From contig JBMNHS010000001.1 of assembly GCA_050950505.1 (NCBI GenBank), positions 93,687 to 157,686 on the forward strand: 64,000 nt of DNA, read 5' to 3'. This document shows positions 18,736 to 27,171 of the stretch, one piece after another; position 1 is the first letter of the stretch, and every line of letters starts with the position of its first letter. Position numbers and translations under genes: made by a program. Under the pieces are notes generated by a model. That model searched no databases. It had not been told where the DNA came from and worked only from the letters and a program-made list of their open reading frames with translations. Origin of the DNA: Candidatus Methanomethylophilaceae archaeon (GTDB lineage Archaea > Thermoplasmatota > Thermoplasmata > Methanomassiliicoccales > Methanomethylophilaceae).

Positions 18736-21700
18736 ACATCCGCCCCCTCTTGATAAGCAAATAAGCGAAAACCGGGACTCCGATCATTGTGGTGATTGCC
18801 CCTACCGGCAATTCCTGCCCGTAGTAAAGCATTCTTGCCGCCAAATCGGCCAACATTACCAGCGCCCCTCCCAAGGCTATGGATGCCGGCAGAACCAGCC
18901 GATGATCGCTTCCCAGAACCATACGGCAAACGTGAGGCACCACAAGACCCACAAATCCTATTATTCCGACGAACGCCACGCACACGGATGTGAGAACAGA
19001 GGCCATAATCAACATTATTCTGTTGAACCGTCTTACATCGAGTCCCATCTGCTGGGCCTGGTCTTCACCGAGCAACACAAGATTGAACTCTTTTGCCCAA
19101 ACCAACGGAATCAGAGATAATGCCAGCACCGGAACCAAAACCAACCAAACCTGTTCCCAGACAACGTTTGCGAATGAGCCGAACAGCCAGGACAGCGCAT
19201 TGCTGACTTTCTGTCCGGCCATGGACAGCATAAGTGTCTGGAAGGCGGAGAATGCCAGTCCCACGACCACACCCGCCAAAACGTAATTGATGGATGCGCC
19301 TCCGGATTTCTCCGCGATCAGCATCGTCATTCCGAATGCCAGTATACCTCCTATGATTGCCGTGAAAGCCGTAAGGTATATGGAATGCGGAGAGAACAGA
19401 CCGAAGAATGTGAAATCAAAAGCAATGACCGCCAATGCAGCAGTTCCCGCACCTGCGGAAACCCCCATTATATATGGATCGACCAGTGGGTTTCTGATGA
19501 TTGCCTGGTACATGCTTCCGGCTATGGACAATCCGATGCCCACGGCAAGAGCGACTATGGTCCTCGGAAGTCTGGATTCGTAAACCATCAGTTCATTGTA
19601 ATCCAGTCCCTTTCCTCCTTTCGATATGGCGGAAAGCAAAGAAGAGAACATCTCCGAAACCGATAACGTGACCGTGGGTCCGATGCAGAGACAGACGATA
19701 AACACGACGACCGTCGTTGCGGCTCCGATCAACATCATCACGAACAGCTTGTGTCTGCTCTTGGTGTTGTGCCTCAAATCGTCTCCGGTCAGATAATGAT
19801 TGAACTTATGCCAGGCGTGTCTGTACGGATTTCTGATTTTCAGAACCAATCTGGCTATAACGTATATCAGAATAAGAATAACAAGAACAATCAGCAGGAA
19901 TTCAATCAGCGTCTGCAGCAATGATTTCTCCTCAACGGGTTCGTAAACATATTCGGGAAGGGTTCCGCTTGAAGCGATGAGTCCCGCGTCATTGCCGTAA
20001 ACCATCAGGCCACCTACGAATATTATAGGGGACATTCCGTAATTTTTGACGGTGGAATCGGAATACCATTCCGAAAGAATCCTGCCGTCCAAGGAAACTT
20101 CATACACCGGGGCGGTGAGCGAGTACGGCGTCATGTATATCGATTCGCCGTTTATGAGTATCGGCGGGCCCTTGGTTGACTTTATTTCGCCGTTCATTAT
20201 CCGGTGTTCGCCGGTGATGCTTATTCTGCACAATCCTTTCGTGGTTACAAAATAAGTTCCTTCGAAATCATCCGTTACCACCGGAATATGATAGTTTCCC
20301 GTGAGTCCCAGTGTATCTTTGTCGGCGATAAGGAATATTTTGCTTAATTCGCCGGTTGAAGGATCGAAATCATAAATCCCGATTCCCCCGACCACCGAAC
20401 TCATACCTCTTCCGTCGCTGACGGAGAAAATTAATCTGTATTTTGATTCATGTTCAAAAACGGACACCGCGGACACATTTCCGAATTCGGTGCCGCCTGC
20501 GGTTAAAGTACGGGTGTAAATTTTTTCATCCGCTATGATTTCACCGTCGGCTTTGTCAATCACGTACAGATGTCCGTTCAGTGCCCCCGCGAACATATAA
20601 TCGTCGTAAACCGTGGGGGACACGTAGTAAACCGAACCTCCCATTTGCCGGGACCAAAGCAAATTCAGATTCAGATCGAAACAGTATGCCATTCCGTTTG
20701 TGGCCGTGCAGTAAATCGCACCGGAATCGTAAACAAGCGATCCGGTTCCTCTGAAACTGTAATTGAATCCCGACAGAGGTTTCGCTTCGGCGGGAATCGC
20801 GTCAGCATCGGTCAGAACGGAAAACGCTTTACCACCGAAAGATGTCACATATTCATTTTCGGATATCTTATTTTCATCGAGTACTCCGGGACCTTCCCTC
20901 CAATTGAATTTGTAAATCATCCCTTCGGAAGAAGAGACGTAAATATTTTCGCCGACGATGACCGGCGTGGATGTTTCGTAACTGTTGACTCCCGGGAACC
21001 GGAATTGCCACACCACGCCGCCGTCAAGGTTGAAACATATCACTCTTGGTTGCCCGTCTTCTCCGTCGGATTCATTCTTCGTGGAGAATTTGGCAAATAT
21101 GAAATCTTCGACATAAGTCACGGCGGCGATTATGCCGCTTATTCCGTCGATTTTGTACTCCCACTGAACTTTGATTTCATCTTCCGGTATGACTACATTG
21201 TCCTGTCTGCCGGTCTGGGCCGCGTCTCCCCGTATCATTGTCCATGAGGATTTGAATTCGGGAGTTTCCACGGGAACTGTTCCGGAAGGATAGAATGCCA
21301 GAGCAAGCCCCTTTCCGTCGTATGCATCGGTTAAATCTGCCGATACCCACTTTTTATCGTCGGTGGAGTCGTCCCACCTGTAAACGTTCCAAACGGAAGT
21401 GGATTTGAATCCTGTGGTTCCGCTCGACTCGAAATTACCCCCTGTGTCAGTGTCGGAACCTATAATCTTCTCGTATACCCCGTCTATCTTCAAAGGTCCC
21501 GAATCATAGGTATGCCCGTTGGCCTCCGCGGTATTTTTCAGAACTTCGTCTATGGTCGATCCGGACTCCGCCTCATACCATGACGTTTTTCCGTTTCCCA
21601 TATCAAACAACACATTGCCTTCGGTTCCTGCGCCGTAAGCATCGGATATGTCGGACACCATCGCGAAGGATGACGAAAGCATCAGCAAGGATACGAAGAG

Positions 21701-21748
21701 TGCGATTACTGTTGATTTTCCTTTAATGTCGGGAGCCTCCTTATTCAA
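18725..21748 (-). CDS. Fusion protein: signal anchor + DUF4430-like domain + PQQ-like beta-propeller + TM + FecCD/BtuC permease
   Basis: 1007 aa. Domain layout by residue:
- aa 12-31: hydrophobic anchor.
- aa ~44-155: small domain (NVLFDMGNGKTSWYEA...) paralogous to the N-termini of the two upstream genes.
- aa ~170-595: repeated propeller-blade-like units (VVWQFRF..IYVSSSEGMIYKF, LLWSRQMGG..HLYVIDKADGEI).
- aa 609-636: TM segment.
- aa ~666-1007: complete FecCD permease (RLPRTIVALAVGIGLSIAGSMYQAIIRNPLVDPYIMGVSAGAG).
The predicted topology is self-consistent. Confidence 0.85.
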   Translation of the reverse strand: MNKEAPDIKGKSTVIALFVSLLMLSSSFAMVSDISDAYGAGTEGNVLFDMGNGKTSWYEAESGSTIDEVLKNTAEANGHTYDSGPLKIDGVYEKIIGSDTDTGGNFESSGTTGFKSTSVWNVYRWDDSTDDKKWVSADLTDAYDGKGLALAFYPSGTVPVETPEFKSSWTMIRGDAAQTGRQDNVVIPEDEIKVQWEYKIDGISGIIAAVTYVEDFIFAKFSTKNESDGEDGQPRVICFNLDGGVVWQFRFPGVNSYETSTPVIVGENIYVSSSEGMIYKFNWREGPGVLDENKISENEYVTSFGGKAFSVLTDADAIPAEAKPLSGFNYSFRGTGSLVYDSGAIYCTATNGMAYCFDLNLNLLWSRQMGGSVYYVSPTVYDDYMFAGALNGHLYVIDKADGEIIADEKIYTRTLTAGGTEFGNVSAVSVFEHESKYRLIFSVSDGRGMSSVVGGIGIYDFDPSTGELSKIFLIADKDTLGLTGNYHIPVVTDDFEGTYFVTTKGLCRISITGEHRIMNGEIKSTKGPPILINGESIYMTPYSLTAPVYEVSLDGRILSEWYSDSTVKNYGMSPIIFVGGLMVYGNDAGLIASSGTLPEYVYEPVEEKSLLQTLIEFLLIVLVILILIYVIARLVLKIRNPYRHAWHKFNHYLTGDDLRHNTKSRHKLFVMMLIGAATTVVVFIVCLCIGPTVTLSVSEMFSSLLSAISKGGKGLDYNELMVYESRLPRTIVALAVGIGLSIAGSMYQAIIRNPLVDPYIMGVSAGAGTAALAVIAFDFTFFGLFSPHSIYLTAFTAIIGGILAFGMTMLIAEKSGGASINYVLAGVVVGLAFSAFQTLMLSMAGQKVSNALSWLFGSFANVVWEQVWLVLVPVLALSLIPLVWAKEFNLVLLGEDQAQQMGLDVRRFNRIMLIMASVLTSVCVAFVGIIGFVGLVVPHVCRMVLGSDHRLVLPASIALGGALVMLADLAARMLYYGQELPVGAITTMIGVPVFAYLLIKRGRMYEG

Positions 21749-23114
21749 ATCCTAAATATTCTGTAATTGTCAGGAAGTCTCTGTAGTTGTCTCCGATATA
21801 GTAAGGAATCGGGTCATCGGGGAACAGAACGTCCTGATATAGTATCAAAGTAATTATTTCCATCAACTGAGCGTATCTGGGTCCCGGCAACTGAGCCATC
21901 TCCGCCAACCCTCCGCTCAATAAGTAAATCTGTCCGTTTTTGTAAGCGTCGGTTTGCTTCCATTCCGCTGACATATTGTTCAGCATTGTTTCGTATTCGG
22001 ATTCGGTCGCAAGATAATCGTCCGTGATTATTATCGCCACGTCGGGATTCGCTTTTGCGATCAATTCGGAATTTGATTGAATCCAGCCGTAACTGGAAGA
22101 AAATACGTTTTCGCTTTGCAACCGGTTGAGGATATCGTCAACGTAAGTATTCGATCCCGATACCCAGGGGGCTTTTGTCGCGGACAGGGAGACCAAAGTC
22201 GATTTCGAATCCGTTTGGTTCATACCGATGAGATCGAGTATCTCCGACTCGGCGGAACCCAATAAATCGATTACATCCGCCGAGCGTATTTCATAACCCA
22301 TCACAACGCCCACGATGTAAATATTGTCGAGGATGGTGTCGATACTTTCACCGGCATACAGCACAATGGAATTCACCGTGGTTTTCCTTACCCTTTCCGC
22401 CAATTCATAATGAGCGTACAGTGAACCGTCACACAGCACCAAGTCGGGATTTGATTTCATTATGAGTTCAAAACTGGGATTCACATAATCCCCGATTTCC
22501 ACTATATCCCCGTTCTTCTTTCCTTCTGCGACGGCATCGGGGTAATTGCTGTATTTGTCGGCGCCGACTATCGCATTTGTAGCATTCAGGGAACCCAAAA
22601 TTTCTGTTATGGAAGGTGACAGAGTCACAATCTTCTTTGCCTGAGGATACCCGTATATGGAACGTCCGAACTGATCCACGCCGACCGTGGGGGCTTCGTC
22701 CTCGCCGCAAAATGCCCACGTGGATACGGAATATTCCGAAATGTCTACGTCTGTGTCGACAAGCTTTGTCCAATTCAATTCTTCTGTTTTGACGACCCAG
22801 AAATTCCAGGTTTTTTCTTCGTCATTTGGTATTCCGTTTATCTCGGTGACTTTATTGTCTTCGATGACGAGTTCGTACCCGACTGCGTTACAGGCATATT
22901 CCAAAATCTTTATGGGATCGTCATATTCTTTGAAATCCGCATCCACCCATTGAACATCCCGGTTTCCGAAATCGATGGCTATGCCCGTTGATTGGTAAGC
23001 GAAAGCAGATTGAGTGTTATTTACGAGAGCGACCGTCAGACCGGCTCCGGACAGGAGCAACACGACTGTCAACAATGTCTTGAGTTTTGTCGGGTCCGAT
23101 CTCATTCGCATCAC
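21741..23114 (-). CDS. Fusion protein: signal peptide + DUF4430-like domain + BtuF/FhuD-type substrate-binding protein
   Basis: 457 aa. Residues ~44-137 (GIAIDFGNRDVQWVDA...EINGIP...WNFWVV) are paralogous to the permease-fusion N-domain. Residues ~160-457 form a periplasmic-binding-protein core (KIVTLSPSITEILGSL, PDLVLCDG). It overlaps the downstream gene by 8 nt. Confidence 0.8.
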   Translation of the reverse strand: MMRMRSDPTKLKTLLTVVLLLSGAGLTVALVNNTQSAFAYQSTGIAIDFGNRDVQWVDADFKEYDDPIKILEYACNAVGYELVIEDNKVTEINGIPNDEEKTWNFWVVKTEELNWTKLVDTDVDISEYSVSTWAFCGEDEAPTVGVDQFGRSIYGYPQAKKIVTLSPSITEILGSLNATNAIVGADKYSNYPDAVAEGKKNGDIVEIGDYVNPSFELIMKSNPDLVLCDGSLYAHYELAERVRKTTVNSIVLYAGESIDTILDNIYIVGVVMGYEIRSADVIDLLGSAESEILDLIGMNQTDSKSTLVSLSATKAPWVSGSNTYVDDILNRLQSENVFSSSYGWIQSNSELIAKANPDVAIIITDDYLATESEYETMLNNMSAEWKQTDAYKNGQIYLLSGGLAEMAQLPGPRYAQLMEIITLILYQDVLFPDDPIPYYIGDNYRDFLTITEYLGFE

Positions 23115-23177
23115 ATTGATTTCTCATAAGGGTGTTTTGTAAGAGGTTTCGAAAAGGTTTGTTTAAGGTATTTGGAT

Positions 23178-23747
23178 TTAAGCCTTGAAGGGGCCTTCGT
23201 TCATCCAATCGTCCACATCAATGGGAGTAGGTGCACTTGAACCCGCATACACCGAAAAGAAGAATATCGTGGAAGTAGACTGTATGATCTTGAACTCCTG
23301 ATCGTCGTCATACCCTCCATGGCCCTTGAAACTCAACCAACCATTTGAACTTGCGAAGTAACCCCATTGATCATCTTCAGGAAAGGTCACACTCGCAAGC
23401 ATTGCTTCTTCGCCGGTATCTGAATACAAATAAGCGTTAACCGACCATGAACCTGTTTCATCAACTGTTGAAAGGTATCCTCCACTGAGTTCATACTCGA
23501 GATTGGCATCTTTCATGGCCTTATCGAAACCCTCGGCAGGATTGGCGCCTTTGGCACTGTACCATCCGTTTCGATCATCGTTTGCATCAAAATACATGTA
23601 GAAATGATATTCCGTGGCATCATCACCGAAATGATATTCCGTGGCATCATCACCGGAGTCCATGAGAACACCGACGCCGTATCCGACACCGACACCCACC
23701 AGCAATCCGATTACTACGAATGCAATCAATTTATTGTCAATATCCAT
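23178..23747 (-). CDS. Membrane-anchored DUF4430-like protein
   Basis: I prefer the start at MDIDNKLIAFVV (23747), which is preceded by ggtgaaata. The track ORF extends to 23813. The protein has an N-terminal TM segment, a duplicated GDDATEYHF nonapeptide, then a domain (YFDANDDRNGWYSAKG...) resembling the N-domains of the two downstream genes. Confidence 0.65.
   Translation of the reverse strand: MDIDNKLIAFVVIGLLVGVGVGYGVGVLMDSGDDATEYHFGDDATEYHFYMYFDANDDRNGWYSAKGANPAEGFDKAMKDANLEYELSGGYLSTVDETGSWSVNAYLYSDTGEEAMLASVTFPEDDQWGYFASSNGWLSFKGHGGYDDDQEFKIIQSTSTIFFFSVYAGSSAPTPIDVDDWMNEGPFKA
23601..23654. repeat. Perfect 27-bp tandem duplication (2 copies), in frame inside the CDS
   Basis: gaaatgatattccgtggcatcatcacc occurs at 23601-23627 and again at 23628-23654. 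On the minus strand it encodes GDDATEYHF twice. Confidence 0.95.
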
Positions 23748-23900
23748 TATTTCACCATTTGGTTGGATAAAATATCCAATGCAGACAAATTGTAAGGGGG
23801 ATATATAATCCAATTGGTTCGAACTTATTTTATTAATAATTCGAAATAAATTAAATACGGCGGAAAGTCAGATTTTAAGATTTCTGAGAAACCTGCCCAA

Positions 23901-23908
23901 TTTAAAAA
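23901..23908 (+). promoter_or_regulatory. TATA-box-like element upstream of the candidate structured RNA
   Basis: tttaaaaa lies about 20-25 nt upstream of the first GC-rich hairpin (23925). The same AT-rich tract could serve the minus strand instead. Confidence 0.25.
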
Positions 23909-23924
23909 GTAATATGCACATTAA

Positions 23925-24190
23925 GGTTCGGAGGATTTGTTCAAACAACCGAACCGTAGCGGGGACCAAAACCGGGCAACGACGGGGAAAAAAATCGCAG
24001 AAACCACTTTGATCGTTTCTTCGGAAACCGGTCGGTGCAGAAACTTGCGCAGTACCCCCTCGTCTTTCGGAGCAGTGCTGACCCTCAACCGAGTGGTCGT
24101 GGAATAAAATGACGCCCGGAATCGGATAAGATCCGTATGATTGGCGCGGCTGAAGGCCGCGCTGATATCAGGAATTCTTACATATTTTAG
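23925..24190 (+). ncRNA. Candidate structured noncoding RNA, unassigned (strand tentative)
   Basis: No ORF longer than 30 aa. The stretch is GC-rich relative to its AT-rich flanks. Nested helices read directly from the sequence:
- GGTTCGG 23925-31 / CCGAACC 23949-55.
- CCGGGC 23972-77 / GCCCGG 24114-19.
- GACGGGG 23981-87 / CCCC-t-CGTC 24056-64.
- A 9-bp UUCG-capped hairpin at 24011-33.
- GGTGC 24034-38 / GTACC 24052-56.
- GACCCTC 24080-86 / GAG-t-GGTC 24091-98.
- CGGAT-aag-ATCCG 24123-35.
- GCGCGGC-tgaag-GCCGCGC 24144-62.
T-runs follow on the plus strand at 24184-87 and 24245-49. Confidence 0.35.
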
Positions 24191-24261
24191 CTGATGCTAT
24201 GTTATTTTGATATACTTTGAAGGTAAATTAGTGGTGCAGACCACTTTTTAAATGGAATAAG

Positions 24262-24334
24262 TGCTCCCGTCGGGATTTGAACCCGAGTCGAAGCCTCGAG
24301 AGGGCTCCATGATTGGCCGCTACACTACGGGAGC
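24262..24334 (-). tRNA. tRNA-Glu (CUC), no encoded CCA
   Basis: 73 nt. Acceptor GCUCCCG/CGGGAGC, anticodon arm GAGCC-CUCUCGA-GGCUU, T-arm UCGGG-UUCAAAU-CCCGA. A TATA-like ttatattaa lies about 30 nt upstream. Confidence 0.9.
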
Positions 24335-24397
24335 TGATACAGCCTTGATTGCAAGCATGTTAATATAACTTATGTGAAGAACGGCGGATATTGCACA

Positions 24398-25219
24398 TCA
24401 GAGGTCCGGGCTCAGAGGCAATTGACGTTTATGTTCCATCGATGCCACAAGCTTCCTGATTTTGACGACTTCGTCAACGGTCAGATTGGCGTCTTCGGCT
24501 ATGGGTCCGTCCTCCAATCCCTCTTCGATGTCCCTGAGGATGACGTCCAGTTCGCCGTAGGAAATTCCCAGTTCGGATTCGTCGGTCTGCCCTTCCCAAA
24601 GTCCGGCGGAGGGGGGCTTGTCGATAATTTCCTGAGGTATTCCGATCAGTGAAGCGATTTGTCTCACCTCGGTTTTGTACAAATTAGCCAGAGGTGTGAA
24701 ATCACAGGCACCGTCACCAAATTTTGTGAAATATCCGGTCATCATCTCACTTTTGTTAGAGGTTCCGGCAACGATGTAATTCCGTTTTTTTGCAAGGTTG
24801 TACAGAACGATCATTCTGCATCTTGCGGCTATGTTTCCTCTTTCCAAAGGGGCTTCCACATCGGACAGCAATACGGAAGTGAGGGCGTCCACCGCGGGTT
24901 GGATATCGACTATTTTGTATTCCGTGCCCCACATCTGACTCAGTTCCCTGGTGGTTTTGTAATCTGCGGCGGGAGTTGTCCTGGAAGGCATGAAAACATT
25001 CAGAATCTGTGACGGGTCCGTGGCATCCGCGGCAAGTTTGGTCACAACGGCGGAATCAATGCCTCCGCTGAGTCCGATTACCAAACCCGAACATCCTGTG
25101 TTTTTCACAATCCCTCTTATGAAATTTTTGATGTGCTCCACATCGTCTTCCGTAATTTTCGGAATCTTCTCCGCCATGTCTGACCCTATGAAGTGAAAGA
25201 TTAAAGAAGTGTCCGTCAC
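24398..25219 (-). CDS. nadE: NH3-dependent NAD+ synthetase
   Basis: PP-loop motif SGGIDSAVV with NadE-like architecture. The start is either GTG at 25219 (GTGA overlap with the upstream gene) or ATG at 25177 (MAEKIPKI). Confidence 0.9.
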   Translation of the reverse strand: MTDTSLIFHFIGSDMAEKIPKITEDDVEHIKNFIRGIVKNTGCSGLVIGLSGGIDSAVVTKLAADATDPSQILNVFMPSRTTPAADYKTTRELSQMWGTEYKIVDIQPAVDALTSVLLSDVEAPLERGNIAARCRMIVLYNLAKKRNYIVAGTSNKSEMMTGYFTKFGDGACDFTPLANLYKTEVRQIASLIGIPQEIIDKPPSAGLWEGQTDESELGISYGELDVILRDIEEGLEDGPIAEDANLTVDEVVKIRKLVASMEHKRQLPLSPDL

Positions 25220-26727
25220 AAATCTTGGAACAGACGGTCCGTGGGGTATTTCGGATCGCAGGTGACGTTGATGCCGAGTTTGCGGAACATCTTTTCTTCT
25301 TCGTCGGGAAGTATTATCGAAGAATGTATGTCACATCCTCTCAGCTCGGGAAGACGGTCCAACACCGCAGTTGCAACGGGGTTCGTGGTGGCGCACACCG
25401 ACAGCGCAATCAGCATTTCCGTGGCCTGCAGACTTGCCGCCGTATCACCGAAATATTTTGTTTTCAGGCTTTGGACGGGTTCTATCACCGACGGCGAAAG
25501 CAAATGCAGTGAATCCGCTATGCCGGCCAAAGTCTTCAGGGCGTTCAGCATCATTGCCGAAGTCGCGGCCAGAAGCGAAGAGGTTTTTCCGGTAACTATG
25601 GTTCCGTCCCGCAATGAAATCGCCGCCACCGGCATTTCGTCCACATGAGGATGTTCATGAACTGCGGCCGCAACCTTCCTGTCCCCGGGATTCACATCCG
25701 CCTGTTTCATGAGAAGCTCGATTCTCCTCACTGCGCCGGAAGATTCTTTTCCGCGTTTCTTAGAGCATACCGCTTTGTAATACCGCCTCAGAATCTCTTC
25801 TTTGGAAGCGTCTGAAACCGCGGTTTCGTCGGTTATGCAGAAACCCGTCATGTTTACCCCCATGTCGGTGGGCGATTTGTAAGGTGATTCTTTGTAAATC
25901 CCTTCGAAAATTGATTTCAAAATGGGGAATATTTCTATGTCCCGATTGTAACTCACGGCGGTGACGCCGTAAGCTTCCAGGTGGAAAGGATCGATCATGT
26001 TGACATCGTCCAATTCCGCCGTGGCCGCCTCGTATGCCAGATTCAAAGGATGTTTGAGAGGCAGATTCCATACCGGGAAGGTTTCGAACTTGGCATAACC
26101 CGAACGGATGCCCCGTTTGCTGTCCTGATATATCTGGGACAAACACACCGCCATCTTGCCGCTTCCGGGTCCGGGTGCGGTCACGGCAACCAAAGAACGG
26201 GTGGTTTCAACGTAATCGTTTTTACCGAACCCTTCGTCACTGATTATATGTTCCAGATCGGAGGGATATCCTTCAATCATATAGTGTTTGTAAACTTTAA
26301 CGTCAAGGGATTCCAGTTTGGAACAGAACGCATCCGCGGATTTCTGTCCTCCGTAGTGAGTGACGACGACACCGCTGACCAGGAGTTCGGCGTCTCTGAA
26401 CATGTCGATCATTCTCAGAACTTCCAAATCGTAAGTGATTCCGATATCATCCCTCAGTTTGCTTCCGTCGATATCCCAGGCACTTATGACCACGACGATT
26501 TCCACATCGTCTTTCATGACGGACAGCATTTCTATTTTGCTGTCGTGAAGAAAACCGGGGAGTACCCTCGACGCATGGTAATCGTCAAAGATTTTGCCTC
26601 CGAATTCGAGATAAAGCTTGCCTCCGAATTCGGAAATTCTTTCCCTTATGCTCTCAGACTGCGATTCCAGATATTTTTGATTGTCAAACCCCGATTTGAC
26701 GGAAGACGGCAGCTGGGCATTTTGCAT
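25216..26727 (-). CDS. UPF0371/DUF1846 family protein
   Basis: 503 aa. The N-terminus GFDNQKYLESQSESIRERI...KLYLEFGGKIFDDYHASRVLPGF matches my memory of the UPF0371 family signature. Confidence 0.75.
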   Translation of the reverse strand: MQNAQLPSSVKSGFDNQKYLESQSESIRERISEFGGKLYLEFGGKIFDDYHASRVLPGFLHDSKIEMLSVMKDDVEIVVVISAWDIDGSKLRDDIGITYDLEVLRMIDMFRDAELLVSGVVVTHYGGQKSADAFCSKLESLDVKVYKHYMIEGYPSDLEHIISDEGFGKNDYVETTRSLVAVTAPGPGSGKMAVCLSQIYQDSKRGIRSGYAKFETFPVWNLPLKHPLNLAYEAATAELDDVNMIDPFHLEAYGVTAVSYNRDIEIFPILKSIFEGIYKESPYKSPTDMGVNMTGFCITDETAVSDASKEEILRRYYKAVCSKKRGKESSGAVRRIELLMKQADVNPGDRKVAAAVHEHPHVDEMPVAAISLRDGTIVTGKTSSLLAATSAMMLNALKTLAGIADSLHLLSPSVIEPVQSLKTKYFGDTAASLQATEMLIALSVCATTNPVATAVLDRLPELRGCDIHSSIILPDEEEKMFRKLGINVTCDPKYPTDRLFQDL

Positions 26728-26920
26728 AACGGAATAACCTTTACGGCAATATTAAACGTATTGGTTCGGAACGGACTCCCGTGCGTAAAAACAACAGGAA
26801 GAATTCTGGCACCGGTTTTTGTTTTGCAATCCGTCGGTGACTGACGTGTAAAGAGTCGCAACGGTATCGAAGGGAAATATCAGAAAGATATTAATGTGAG
26901 TACAAAATGTTCTGTTTGCA

Positions 26921-27006
26921 GCCGAGATAGCCCAGCCCGGTAAGGCGCGAGCCTGGAAAGTTCGTGGCGATTCGCCTCGGGAGTTCAAATCTCCCTCTCG
27001 GCGCCA
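26921..27006 (+). tRNA. tRNA-Ser (GGA), CCA encoded
   Basis: 86-nt type II tRNA. Acceptor GCCGAGA/UCUCGGC, anticodon arm CGAGC-CUGGAAA-GUUCG, long variable arm GGCGAUUCGCC, T-arm GGGAG-UUCAAAU-CUCCC. Confidence 0.92.
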
Positions 27007-27171
27007 TTATTATCCACACTTATGAACGGAGTACTGTGTTCGGTTCACCGGAAACGACGTTATTGATTTTGATTGAATGTTCCAGAAATCCCGTGTCTGC
27101 GATATTGTGATGCCATCGCGGGTGGGAACGATACTATAATTAATATAGGGCAGATATTCAGCAGGATTAAA

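Noticed and set aside
24136-24170. Box C/D-like string UAUGAUUGG...CUGA...CUGA.
   Set aside because: Only 5-8 nt separate the boxes, too short for guide regions. The CUGA motifs are part of a GC hairpin and a palindrome.
23925-24190. Assigning the structured region as archaeal SRP (7S) RNA, RNase P RNA or a cis-acting cobalamin riboswitch of the importer operon.
   Set aside because: - There is no helix-8 GGAA/AGCA motif and the fold is not rod-like, which argues against SRP RNA.
- There are no GAGGAAAGUCC or ACAGAA..GGCUUA motifs, which argues against RNase P.
- The cobalamin-like resemblance is partial, lacks GCCACUG and the B12 box, and lies on the strand opposite the operon.
- The operon also has its own TATA-like ttatatat about 60 nt upstream of the preferred start.

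I have kept it as an unassigned candidate RNA instead.
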